DNA of 64,000 nt, taken from the NCBI RefSeq assembly GCF_006345805.1, contig NC_042997.1, forward strand, positions 178,870,001-178,934,000. Reading direction: 5' to 3'. The notes beneath the pieces were generated by a model, which had not been told where the DNA came from, did no database searches, and saw only the letters and a list, made by a program, of their open reading frames with translations. Made by a program: the position numbers and the translations under genes. How positions within the stretch are numbered: the first letter of the stretch is position 1; each line of letters starts with the position of its first letter. Shown here piece by piece: positions 1-11,272 of this stretch. The stretch is from Octopus sinensis (lineage: Eukaryota).

Positions 1-9
1 AATGTGATT

Positions 10-480
10 GAGATGGTAGCTAAATCACCGTTAAGTCACACTATACGATCTTTAAAACAAGCTGAAGGGTTTATGGTACGCTGTAATCCTAGATAACATA
101 TACTAGAAAAAATATGTTGTTCATGACTGAAACACGATTAACCACAGATCGGGACTCTCCTGGGGTTACAAAACACCATCATTACAAAAACAAAAACAAC
201 AGCACAGCAACACATAAGCCAAAGAGAAATCGTCAATAAATAGTCAATAAATTGCTGTATGTGCTACAGATAGTGGAATCGATCCCTTTAATCACATCCT
301 ACGACCTTTAAAAAGAGAAAAAAAAAACATCGGATATATACAATATCGTGGTTGTAGGCAGGCTATGCATACACAAATACAGTATAATCACAGCTGAAAC
401 GCTTTTGAACATCATATGTCCGCTCTATCAGGGTTGGTCTCCTCCTCCTCCACCTGCTTCTCAACAACAACAACGACAAC
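10..480 (+). repeat. Two decayed tandem copies of an unclassified ~200 bp dispersed repeat (family D) ending in CAA-rich tails
   Basis: Parallel motifs 'gtcacactatacgatctttaaaa...catgactgaaacac' (~34-135) and 'atcacatcctacgacctttaaaa...cacagctgaaacgc' (~292-402). Related pieces occur at ~4255-4440, ~35650-35880 (-) and ~60130-60590 (-). Confidence 0.4.
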
Positions 481-990
481 ATTGCCAAAACCGAAATTGA
501 TCTCCGACTCTATGGATTCTTGTTATTGGGGAGGATTATCTTGCTAACGTGTTACAAGTTGGAGTAATACATCGGCATTTTAGCGTATGCACATCCGATT
601 TTGTCTATGAATAAAATCAATAGATGTTTGATATGTTTGATAATGTAGGATGGTTTACTGTTTTGAATGAGTAGAAAAGTAAATATACCAGAATTGATTG
701 CTGCTGGTGCTAGCACTAAGTCTGAAACTTAGGATTCTTGGATATTCAAATATAATCATAGTTGATAAGTTATCCCTACTGACAGATTGTGTGAGATGGA
801 CGTAAAGATTTCATTGATAGAATCTCATAGATAACGTTTGCAAAGTCCTTAGTGTGATAGCCATCCGCCTCTCTCTCTCTCTCTCTCTACATCACCCACG
901 TTGTTTGAATAAGAGCCAAGGTGTTAGTATAAAGTGTTTGGTACAGGACTATTTGCATTAAGGGTTGTTGTTGTCGATGTTGTTGTTGTT

Positions 991-1614
991 GAGGTGAGCT
1001 AGCACATTGGGCAAAATGATAAGTGGATTTTCAGGTCTTCAGGTTTTGAATTCACATTTCATTGATGTCGACTTTACCTTTTACACTTTTGGTTGATAAA
1101 ACAAGTAGCTTTCAAGTACAGTTGTCAATGTTAACGGCTTCTTACACTTTTTTCCTCTTTCTGACCATGTGCCAAAAAGGCGGCGAGCGGGCAGGATCGT
1201 TAGCACGACGGGCGAAATGATTAGCATTATTTCGTCTGCCGTTAGGTTCTGAGTTCAGATTCCGCCGAGGTCGACTTTGCCTTTCATCCTTTCGGGGTCG
1301 ATAAATTAAGTACCAGTTAAGCACTGGGGTCGATCTAATCGACTTAATTTCTTTGTCTGTCCTTGTTTGTCCCATCTGTTTAGCCCCTTGTGGGCAATAA
1401 CGAAATAAGAATCGTTAGCGTGCTGGGCGAAATACCTAGTGTTATTTTGCCCGTCTTAACGTTGAGTTTCAAATTCCGCTGTGGTCGACTTTGCTTTTAA
1501 TCCTTTTGGGGTCGATGAAATAAATACATGTTGAGAACTGGGGTCTAGCCCCTCTCCCCAAAATATTTGGCCTTGTTCCTATAGCAGAAAGGATTATTAT
1601 TATCATTATTATTA

Positions 1615-1655
<41 letters not shown>

Positions 1656-1880
1656 GCGAACTGGCAGTATCGTTAACAAGCCGGACGAAATGTTTCGCAG
1701 CAATCACCAGTCTTTACGTACCGATACTGAGCCCAAATTTTGCCGGGGTCGACTTTGCCTTACATCCTTTAGGAGTCGATAAAATAAGTACCAGTACAAC
1801 AGTGGGATCGATGAAATCGACTACTCCCCCCGCCCCACAAAAAAAAAAGCCGTGTGCTAGAGTAGAAAGGATTATAATTA
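991..1880 (+). mobile_element. Head-to-tail cluster of four family-A SINE copies (991-1178, 1179-1408, 1409-1600, 1655-1880) with (TTA)n tails
   Basis: The core GTCGACTTT(G/A)C..TT..A..CTTT..GG.TCGATAAA recurs at ~1068, ~1270, ~1484 and ~1748. (TTA)n lies at ~1594-1654. Confidence 0.75.
1179..1408 (+). mobile_element. tRNA-derived SINE, family A (well-preserved copy)
   Basis: Head GGCGGCGAGCGGGCAGGATCGTTAGC, B-box-like GAGTTCAGATTCC, central GTCGACTTTGCCTTTCATCCTTTCGGGGTCGATAAATTAAGTACCAG (resembles the Deu/Nin SINE domain). More than 10 homologous copies are in this window. Confidence 0.85.
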
Positions 1881-1976
1881 TGATTATTAATGAGATCCAA
1901 TGGTCAAATCTGTCACACGAAGAGTATTTTCAGACAGAATCTGTCCAGGACTACATTGTCTTACTATTTTAGATTA

Positions 1977-2231
1977 TACAGCTCTATTTTTAAGAGATGA
2001 GGAATTATGTACATTATTTACATTTGACGGATATTTGTCCTCATCTTGTTTGTTGTTAACATATCGTTTCGGCTGATATACCCTCCAGCCTTCATCAGGT
2101 GTGTTGGTTTCTATTTCCAAGGTATTTTTCGATGTTATTATTATTATTATTGTTGCTGTTGTTGTTATTACTCGGGTCACGGCCTGGAATCGAACTCGGA
2201 ATCTTGGGGTTAGTAGCACGCTCTCTTAACC
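1977..2231 (-). mobile_element. tRNA-headed, hammerhead-bearing short retroelement (family E), copy 1
   Basis: Minus strand reads GGTTAAGAGAGCGTGCTACTAACCCCAAGATTCCGAGTTCGATTCC (tRNA-like, B box), then (AAT/AAC)n, then CTGATGAAGGCTG...CAGCCGAAAC, then a 3' hairpin AGATGAGGA...TCCTCATCT. Homologous to 2227-2447 and 32897-33090. Confidence 0.75.
2058..2103 (-). ncRNA. Minimal type I hammerhead ribozyme-like motif (cleavage triplet mutated in this copy)
   Basis: CACAC-CTGATGA-A-GGCTG-gagggtatat-CAGCC-GAAAC-GAT-ATGTT has an intact CUGAUGA/GAAA core and a 5-bp stem II. The three-copy consensus downstream of the core is GAAACGTT-GTGTT, which pairs with upstream ACAC. Confidence 0.65.
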
Positions 2232-2447
2232 TCAAGATTCCGAGTTCGATTTCAGGCAGTGACCAGAGTAATAATAATAATAATAATAACATCGAAAAAT
2301 ACCTTAGGAATGAGAACCCATGTTCGAAATTTCTCCAAGCCGCCTGATGAATGCTGGAGGATATATCAACCGAAACATTGTTTTAACAACAAACAAGATG
2401 AGGACATATATCAGTCAAATGTAAATGATACAAATAGTGTAAATAAT
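2227..2447 (+). mobile_element. Family E copy 2, inverted head-to-head with copy 1 and more 5'-truncated
   Basis: CAAGATTCCGAGTTCGATTTCAGGCAGTGACC-(AAT)n-AACATCGAAAAATACCTT...CTGATGA(2344-2350)...CCGAAAC...ACAAACAAGATGAGGAC is the reverse complement of 1977-2231. Confidence 0.75.
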
Positions 2448-2728
2448 ATTTCAGATTAGTTCTATAAATGGGAACTAGAAACTGTGACGTGAATAAGATG
2501 TGATTTCTAACACGTCGGTATATCACACACACATTTTAAGATGCGGCGTTTTTAGCTGTAGGTTTAGCTGTATTATACTATCCGTGGATGAAATAAAATG
2601 CCCTGTTGCTCGTGCGTATTCTATGCTGAAAGGATCCGAAGGTGCAATTAAAACATTTTGAACAATATGAAAAAAATGTTGAACTTCCGCAATTTCAAAC
2701 CTAACAAAGCGTCAAATGAAAACGTATA

Positions 2729-2890
2729 CTGTAGCGTAGCTAGAATGTGTACTCCCTGGGTTCTCACTTGATTTTGCAATCTCCCCGGCAATACAGCTTA
2801 TACAGAATAATATAGCAAACTCAAAAGTGCCGCCCCATAAAATCGTTGCCTGGGGCGGACTGTCTTCTCGTCCTACTAGCTATGCTACTG
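2729..2890. mobile_element. Small MITE-like element with hAT-style ends
   Basis: Ends CTGTAGCGTAGCTAG and CTAGCTATGCTACTG form a 15-bp inverted repeat with 2 mismatches. No TSD is recognisable. Confidence 0.45.
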
Positions 2891-2949
2891 ATAGCAATAA
2901 CGAGTTCCTTGAAATAAAACGATGGTATTTCCTGTGTTCTACTTAGTTA

Positions 2950-3105
2950 CTCGAAATGAACAAGGACAGGATACCTAAGAACAGCCACCAAAATCTAACA
3001 GACATTGAAGATCTGAAGGTGCACTGAGGAAAATTGATATTGCATTGACCAAGGCAGAACGAGTTGCAAAGGCCTAGAATGAATGGCGTCGCAATGTCGA
3101 AGCTA
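2950..3105 (+). mobile_element. Highly decayed RTE-like LINE C-terminal remnant
   Basis: Fragmentary translation RMNKDRIPK...LTKAERVAKA*NEWRRNVEA resembles RTE-clade ORF C-termini. Confidence 0.35.
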
Positions 3106-3335
3106 TATTTCTTTCACGGAAACGATGAAATATATAAAAAAAATATATACTGCAGTACAAAAGCCACATTTGCAGAATATTGACTTTAAAGATAATGAAC
3201 AACGTTAATATTTGCATATAAGAATTTGTAAAATTACAGAAGTGAACATCTTGCCTCGTCATCGAAATAATCTAAATGTTAATCAGATCATTATTTTAAT
3301 AGCTATCAGTATATTGATCCGTGTGAGTGTGTGTG

Positions 3336-3394
<59 letters not shown>

Positions 3395-3862
3395 TAGGAT
3401 GTGTGAGAAGAGTGTGATACTCAGAAATGAATCATAGGATATGACTTCTGAAACGTACGAATATAAAATAGCATATCACTTGTCAATATACTCAATTATG
3501 CGGGACACAACATAGACACCTACTTGTTAACATAATATTTTTCAACAACCTTGCTCTCTCTCTCTCTCCCTCTCTCTCTCTCTCCCTCTCTCTCTCTCTC
3601 TCTGTCTGTGTACCTCTCTCTCTCAGTATTTTACTTCCTCTCTCCATTTCTGTCCATCTCACAATATTTCTGCCCGTCATTTCATTCACGCTCTCTTGCT
3701 TCCTAGTCTCTTTTATGCATACCTCTACTGTTATATGTCGTTCTTAAAGGAGTGCACCGAATCGGAATAATAAGCAATTAACTGTATATATTGATATTCC
3801 TAATAAAATTATAGAATACATACATATCAGTAAAGAAAAACTAGAATAAAGGCAGGTGAATC

Positions 3863-3907
<45 letters not shown>

Positions 3908-4163
3908 ATCACGTATATGATAAAACGAAAGTTAATTCCTTTTCGTCGCGTTATAAAATCAGTTTATTGGATTTGTGTAGGCAACTAGGCAAGTAGGACG
4001 CCAAGCTGGTACACATTGCTATTACACAAGTGCCACAAGCATCTCTACACCCGATTCACAAACGCATGACCACAGATATATTCAAGACAAACACTGACAT
4101 ACATAAGCGTGAATACACAACACACACACACATACATATGAATACATATACATTCATGTGAAT

Positions 4164-4212
<49 letters not shown>

Positions 4213-5187
4213 CGTTGGAACGTATACATTATGTGCTCAGGAGGCAACCACTGCCTGCTAGAAATAGCAAGTACATCGTTTATCAAAATTATGCTTAACG
4301 GTCTTTAATAAAGATTCATTGTATATTGTTGGCCCTAAGCCCCAAAAAGACTGGATGTTCACGGATGGGATGTCTTTCGTCAAAAGTCAACTCGATCAGG
4401 GTTGACTCGTTGGTTAAACAACAACAACAGCATCAGCAATACTAACGCTAAACTTATATACTACATGAGATAGAAACCAATGAAACTAACAACGAACAAC
4501 AAAAACACACACAAAATACATAATATATTATTATGGACACTTACCAAGCACCTGGCACTATTTCCTGCAACAGACCGCAACGGTTATACTAGATTGGTCG
4601 AATAACTCTATGGTTTCCTGCAAATAAATGAAAGAAAATAAAAATGTAAGTAAAGACAAAATACACCAGCAAAAAATAACATTCAGCAAACAAAATAACA
4701 AAATAACAAAACACAATAATGTTTCGATCTATTTCCATTAACAACTTTCATTTCATTTTTTTTTATGTGGTGGTGATTAAAACTGCCAACTTTTATGTCC
4801 TCATTCAAATGCAAATAAAGCCAGTTTCTTTTGCAAGTAAACACTTGATATTTGTGAGTTCATACCTCTTTGCTTCTCTTTCATTGTTTCTATGTATTTG
4901 TAAAGCTTATTTACTTTTTCAGCCTTCCTCTCAATCTTCTCTCACACACCGAATCATTCCCTCTCAATCGTTCTCTCTATGAGTGCCAGTCGTTCAGAAT
5001 CCATTATTTAAATCTTTTGTTGACTTCTATCTCATAAATTATTCCTTTTTTCGACGAAGCCCTGCGCCTATTTCAATCACACAAAACCCTGCATTGCTAT
5101 GCATTTCAAAATACCATCTAACCCAATTTATCCATGTATCCAAACCATTTATCACAAAGCTGTTTTCCCCTATCTATCCAACCACCC

Positions 5188-5398
<211 letters not shown>

Positions 5399-5579
5399 GC
5401 ATTTGTATATCTTATATATAAATACATGCACACTAACACAGATACACAGAAATATGTAAACAACGCAGTAACTTCCATATATTTTGAAATTTAATGACAC
5501 AACACTTATCTCGCAAAAGACCAAATGTATTTCGATACAAATTTGTGAACAACGTTCACGCTAAGCTTACACAGGATAT

Positions 5580-6095
5580 TATTCTATGAATCCACTTTCA
5601 GCCTCTACGGCTGCTTCAAAGCATGGCCGGGATCGTGGACATGCTCGCACTAAACGATCTTCATTAATTTCAAACATATGTGGACAATGACTGTCTTCAA
5701 TGAAGCTGTGGTAATGGTTAGTATTCCTTGCAACAGCGCTCTAAACGTAGTAGTCTATGGGTTTTAAATCTAGCTTCTTCTCAGCACGCACGATTTATAT
5801 CAGAAGTCCTCGTGTGACGCAATTCTGTTAGTCCTCTCCGATACCGGAAATTCTTTGTCGTTGGCTATCATTGATTTTCCAGTATCACGAGCGATAATAA
5901 TTTGAATCCTTTGGATGCACTGCGGTGTCATTATAGCCTGAAACATCCCTTACCCGAGTCTTCGAATTCCACCTGAACATTGTGTACAAAAGATTTTGCT
6001 GCATTTAAAATGCTGTTAATTTCTAAATCACCGTCTTTCGCACCTACGGTGAAACCCACTGCATGTCTTTCTATACTTTGTGTTACAGTTCTACA
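5580..6095 (-). mobile_element. Internally deleted Tc1/mariner-superfamily transposase remnant (maT/DD37D-like)
   Basis: Minus-strand translation has an N-terminal part RHAVGFTVGAKDGDLEINSILNAAKSFVHNV...TGKSMIANDKEFPVSERTNRIASHEDF*YKSCVLRR joined to a C-terminal part LDLKPIDYYV*SAVARNTN...LVRACPRSRPCFEAAVEAESGFIE* (compare SPDLNPLDY.VW...RAC.RFR.R.EAVVEAEGG.IE). Confidence 0.75.
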
Positions 6096-8442
6096 TTTGA
6101 TCAGAGAGTAGTAAGAATCTTCCGTTTGATTTGAAGAGAGTAATATAATGATAGCTAAATTTCCTCAAATACCCTTCGAAGATCATATCTATATATACAT
6201 TTTATTTGTAGTTTAACAAAACTACAATTGGTTTTATGCCGAAAGAATATTTCGCTGCAATTATCAGGCTTGCCACATAGGACGTAGGTATTCATCACTA
6301 TCTTGAGTGAAAATATTCGAAGCAAAACAAGACTTTACAGGATTTGGGAGAAAATAAATCAATATACAGGCCATGGGTGACAGCATATAAGCAGTCCATT
6401 TTGTGGTCTTTGTTGCATTCTATTAGTGCTGGAATCCTTGTTGCGTTCACTACGTATTGATTGACTTAACATTTTCATGCATGTTCACGCCTAAAGTTAT
6501 ATTATATATATATATACACGTATGTGAATATTCACATCCATACAGAATGTGAACACACACGCACACATACGCACACTGGCATCTGCGTTACTCGAGTCTA
6601 AGTATGTGTACATAATCGCGGTGTTTCACGTATTATTCACATATTTTCATACGAATTTTGTCTATGCCGTTGTGAATTCATGGGATTTTGTATCCGTAAG
6701 ATTGTGTATACATGTATCTTTGTATTCCAAGAATACTTATACATGCATACATTATATATATATATATATATATATAAATATATATATATATAGGCATCTG
6801 CATTATGAATTTCTATCATGCTTGAACATGTGCTCATGATTATAGAGCTTCACATATTTTGACGCCAAATTTGGCCCATGGGATAGTAAATTAATTGGGC
6901 TGTGGTTTCATAATTTTGTGTATTTATGCATCAAGTGAGTTATGTGATGCCATGAATATATGTAATATATCTGTGTAATGAGGGAATTCAGCATAAGTTT
7001 ACGCCGGCATGTGTATTTTATGCATAATGTTAATATAATAGACGTACTTGATGTCTAGAGAGAAAAATCTTATTCAGTTTGGAAGGGTAGCAAATTATAT
7101 GGAGGCCATAGTTTGAGGTTTTGAAACCTGAATTGTTGCTTGTGCATGCAAGACAAGGAGGATTATTCGCTGATGTTTAAAACACTCGGTATTGATGTTA
7201 TGATATTTAGTTTTTCGCTACTGCAGAGCTCGCATTTGCTGCCCTTGTATTTGTTGGCCTAAGTAGTATTGTTCCATTTTATCTGGAGGTTGATCGCCTC
7301 TCTCTCTCTCTCTTCAAGTATTCATATCAATTAATTAAAGACGTGTCTTTTGTATTTATCTCTGAACAAAGCGAAATGTAGAAGAAGATATGGAAGATCA
7401 AAGACAGCAACAAAATCGCAACACCAACAAAAAAATCAACATAGAAAAAAGAGAAACAAAATTCAAAACAATGTAAGCAGCTGCACATCAAAATAACAAT
7501 TGAAAAAGAAACATTTTTTAAACATTGCACGAAACTATAAACCATTATTGGGGGATTGCGGTTACGAAATGATCGAATACTTGACTGGTACCTTCCTCAT
7601 CCTGCTTCATGCTACTACTTAAATGTTGGGTTCCTTTAACGGAGTCCACTCTTTTACAAGTGTTTGGGTCAGGTTTTGTATAAAAGTAAAACTTCATCTG
7701 TTTCCCACTCTAATTCCTTTAGAGCCTGAAAATGATTAACAGAGCCACTCATACTCCGTTAAGAAAGTGTTAAAAAGTAAGAGAAATACAAGAAACGGTC
7801 ACTCAACGAGGTAGAAAGAGGAGTAAAATATCCCTCAAATGAACGCCTAGCTTTTTAACTAAACATTAGCACAATACATATGGTAATCATATGTAATGTA
7901 TGATACAAAATTAAGAGGGTACATACTGGAATACCCTAGATTATAGGGTATTGTTGATGGGGGTTGTAATGAGGTTAAGTAACAGCAGTAACAACAGTCA
8001 CAACAACATCCGGTACTAAACTGTAGTGGCTGTAGAAGGTTGAAGCATAAAGTGAGTTACGGCGTTGTTTGAACATAAAATAAAAAGGACGTAAGGAAAT
8101 AGTGCTAAGTATTATTTCCAGCATTTCACAAGTTCTACCACCCTGTATTTCCCAACAACAAGAACAAGAGCAGCAACTGAAAACAAACACAAATAAAAAA
8201 TGCCATTGCACGAGTTTCTCGTAAGAGGCAAATCACCTTATGGTCACACGCTGTTGAAAATATAAGTTTTTACGTTCCTGTAAATATGGGATTAAAGATT
8301 AAAGATGGGAAAAGCAACTGTTGAAAATATAACTTTTTACGTTCCTATAAAGATGGGATTAGCAAGGTTGATCACACACCTACTTAATTAGTCCCAACAA
8401 GGGGATAAACAAGAGCAACAACAATGACAACACGATGCAAGT

Positions 8443-8655
8443 AGGCGAGCTGGCAGAATCGTCAGCACACCGAGCAAAATACTTAGTGGTATATCGTCTG
8501 TCTTCGCGTCCTGTGTTCAAAATCTTTAGCGGTCGACTTACACTTTCATCTTTTCGAGGTCGACAAAATAAATACACGTTGAAAATTGGGGTCGATGTAA
8601 TCGACTTACACCCTCCCGATATTGCTGACCTTGTTCTAAAATTTGAAATCAATAA
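8443..8655 (+). mobile_element. Family A SINE (diverged)
   Basis: GGCGAGCTGGCAGAATCGTCAGC...GTCGACTTACACTTTCATCTTTTCGAGGTCGAC...GGGGTCGATGTAATCGACT. Confidence 0.8.
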
Positions 8656-8953
8656 TAACACGAGGCAACAAGCGATGCGTTTCTTCGGTTTCCCTTTGAA
8701 TTGTAAGTATAATCCATCCGATTGTACAAGTTACGCCACCGCTGAAATGTCGCTCGCAACTTATGACTCGACTTGAGACAACAGTAAAAGACATTTGCTC
8801 AAAGTGCCACACAGTTGCATTGAAGCGTCGGCCTGCTGACCGAGAAGCGGATTTCATAACCATTCCGCTATACTACTTTAAAGTACTATAAACCATTCCG
8901 TTATACTACTTTACAGACTTAAAGCAGGAAGTCGTACATATGCAAGTGCACTC

Positions 8954-9302
8954 GGATCGTTTCGTATACTGGTAGAATGTGTTTATAAAACATCTTTTTC
9001 TCTTGGCTTTATTGAGAAAATTCTATAGTTTGTAAGATATTTCTTGTTTTTTTCTTCAATTTCAACCAATCAATGACGTCTATTGAGTAAAAAACATTCT
9101 GTGCCGTATGAATATGTCCCTCGTTTAAGAAACAGATTGGGTTTATTTACATTTGTGAAGAAAAAAGATACCCCTCCCTCCATCCCTAACCCTAAACCTA
9201 AAATAGATTGAAATGCAATAGATCGCTACTAGGGTCATAATTATGGGTGAAAATTTCATACGACACCGCTAGAAAAAATTGCCGTTCAAACCGAAAAGAT
9301 CC
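8954..9302 (-). mobile_element. Non-autonomous DNA transposon (MITE) with GGATC termini and 8-bp TSD, copy 1 (Merlin-like)
   Basis: Flanks GTGCACTC (8946-8953) and GTGTACTC (9303-9310). The right end is GCCGTTCAAACCGAAAAGATCC and the left TIR is truncated. It is the reverse complement of 15466-15881. Confidence 0.85.
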
Positions 9303-9806
9303 GTGTACTCTTTTTTCTATAAAGCAAAACAGATGTATGTGAGTTCAGATCACATCATTGATGAGCTACAAGCTGAAGTGTACAAAAGTCTTGTCTATTT
9401 TCAATGTTCCGTTAATAGGTAGGATTCGTAGGGTACATATTAAATGTCTTCTTCCTTTGTGTGAAACTTCTAGAAATGATTATTTACATTTTATTCTATT
9501 TCTATGTTTCTAAATAATAACTTACAAACTTAGAAATAAAACAAAATGTCATCGAAGCCAGCCTTAAGCCTAGCCGAGACTTGTCGTCTCCAATAGAGGA
9601 AAGAATTAATAATAGCTACATTATAAAGAGATATCAACTCGAAAAATAATACGTTATACACAGCTGAAGCAATATTACATGAAAATAGACATCTATATTT
9701 CTCATTCAAAGTATATATACTATCGAAATTCAAGTTACTGTAGTTTTCATCCGAAAGGCCTCGGGCGTTCCCTACAGCAGGTACTCGGGAGATATCTCAT
9801 TCCTTC

Positions 9807-9873
<67 letters not shown>

Positions 9874-10011
9874 TTTTTGAAAACAACACATCCACAAGAC
9901 ATTTTATTTCGGATGACACATGTATATAGAAGTCTATTAAATTTTAATACTGCCTGATTTTCCTTTACCCGATTACGTATTCTTTACAAGTATATTTACA
10001 TACAAGTATGA

Positions 10012-10062
<51 letters not shown>

Positions 10063-10096
10063 GTATATATGTATATATATTTATGTATATATGTAT

Positions 10097-10143
<47 letters not shown>

Positions 10144-10741
10144 TATATATATATTATATGTGCGTGTATATATATGTATACCAGCATTATATGTCCCTCA
10201 TCTTATTCAACATTGTAGCGCAGAAAAATAAGTTTTGAGTTGAGAAAAATACTGCAGTTCTATCATTAGTAAACTATATTTTTTTCTTTTATTTATTACT
10301 CCCATTTTTGCTAACATTAATTCACAAATTCTTTTCGAAATATTTCCCTCTTCCAAATTTCCTATATCATCTTTTATATTATTTTCTTTGTACCGCTTTT
10401 CTGTATCACCCAAATTTTATTCTTTCCTTGAAAGTATATGACTTCATATATTACTCATATTTTCTATATATATATATCTGTGTGTGTGTGTGTGTGTGTC
10501 TACATATACATACACGTATATAGAGACAAAGTTTTGTGTTATTCTCTATATCTTCACAATAGTCTTCTTTTCGCACGGAACATTCGCCTACAACTTGATA
10601 ATCTAGTGTAATGCATTTTAAAATACTATCACTCACTACCTTCCCATTTCTTTTCCATTCCTCTCTCCCCCTCTCCCTCTTTCACTGTCTCTTTTCTATT
10701 TGACTTGTCTGTCTCTCTGTATATATATATATATATATATA

Positions 10742-10792
<51 letters not shown>

Positions 10793-10795
<3 letters not shown>

Positions 10796-11068
10796 TCCTT
10801 TTCAAGCCTAGCCAGTCTCATGGGCCCGATTTCCTGGTATCTGTGGCTTATGTGCCCCTTCCCCCCAGCTGGACAGGATGCCAGTCCATCGCAGCGATAC
10901 TCAAGAAACAGGAAGAAAGAGTGTGAGAATGTTGGGGCAAAAGATATACAACAGGGGTCGCCACCACCACCTGCCGGAGTATCGTGGAGCATTAGATGTT
11001 TTTGCTCAATAAACATACACACTGGGAATCGAAACCGCGATCCTCCGACGGCGAATCCGCTGCCCTAA

Positions 11069-11070
<2 letters not shown>
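10793..11070 (-). mobile_element. tRNA-derived SINE related to family C (same 3' tail, different middle), inserted in (TA)n
   Basis: Minus strand GGTTAGGGCAGCGGATTCG...GGTTTCGATTCCC (B box)...CGCTGCGATGGACTGGCATCCTGTCCAGCTGGGG...CCCATGAGACTGGCTAGGCTTGAAAAGGACGC matches the tail at 41366-41463. Confidence 0.8.
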
Positions 11071-11107
<37 letters not shown>

Positions 11108-11129
11108 TGTGTGTGGGTGTGTGTAGGTG

Positions 11130-11272
11130 CATGTGTTTGTGTGTCTGTGTTCTTCCCCTCCAACATGGCTTGACAACCGATGCTGGTGTGTTTACATCCT
11201 CGTAACTTAGCGGTTCAGGAAAGACACCGATAAAATAAGTACTAGGCTTACAAAGTATAAGTCTTGGGGTCG
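11130..11272 (+). mobile_element. Family B SINE, 3' half
   Basis: GCTTGACAACCGATGCTGGTGTGTTTACATCCTCGTAACTTAGCGGTTC...ATAAGTACTAGGCTTACAAAG matches 23220-23320. Confidence 0.8.

Noticed and set aside
2170-2260. tRNA gene
   Set aside because: No complete cloverleaf or acceptor stem. These are truncated SINE-type heads, as are the other A/B-box matches in the window.
4257-4272. GCTAGAAATAGCAAGT matches part of the SpCas9 sgRNA scaffold
   Set aside because: Only 16 nt, the flanks do not match, and it is an instance of the local GCTATTTCTAG repeat motif. There is no CRISPR context.
7565-7725. AG/GT-bounded minus-strand segment (ALKELEWETDEVLLLYKT stop)
   Set aside because: All three frames hit stops and no partner exon or homology supports it.
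8250-8361. ~44-bp direct repeat pair (also short duplications at ~8858-8912 and ~42828-42860)
   Set aside because: Only two units each, consistent with ordinary slippage duplications and not an array.
9184-9202. CCCTAACCCTAAACCTAA as an interstitial telomere
   Set aside because: Only 2-3 imperfect units, and it is an internal part of a MITE present twice in the window.
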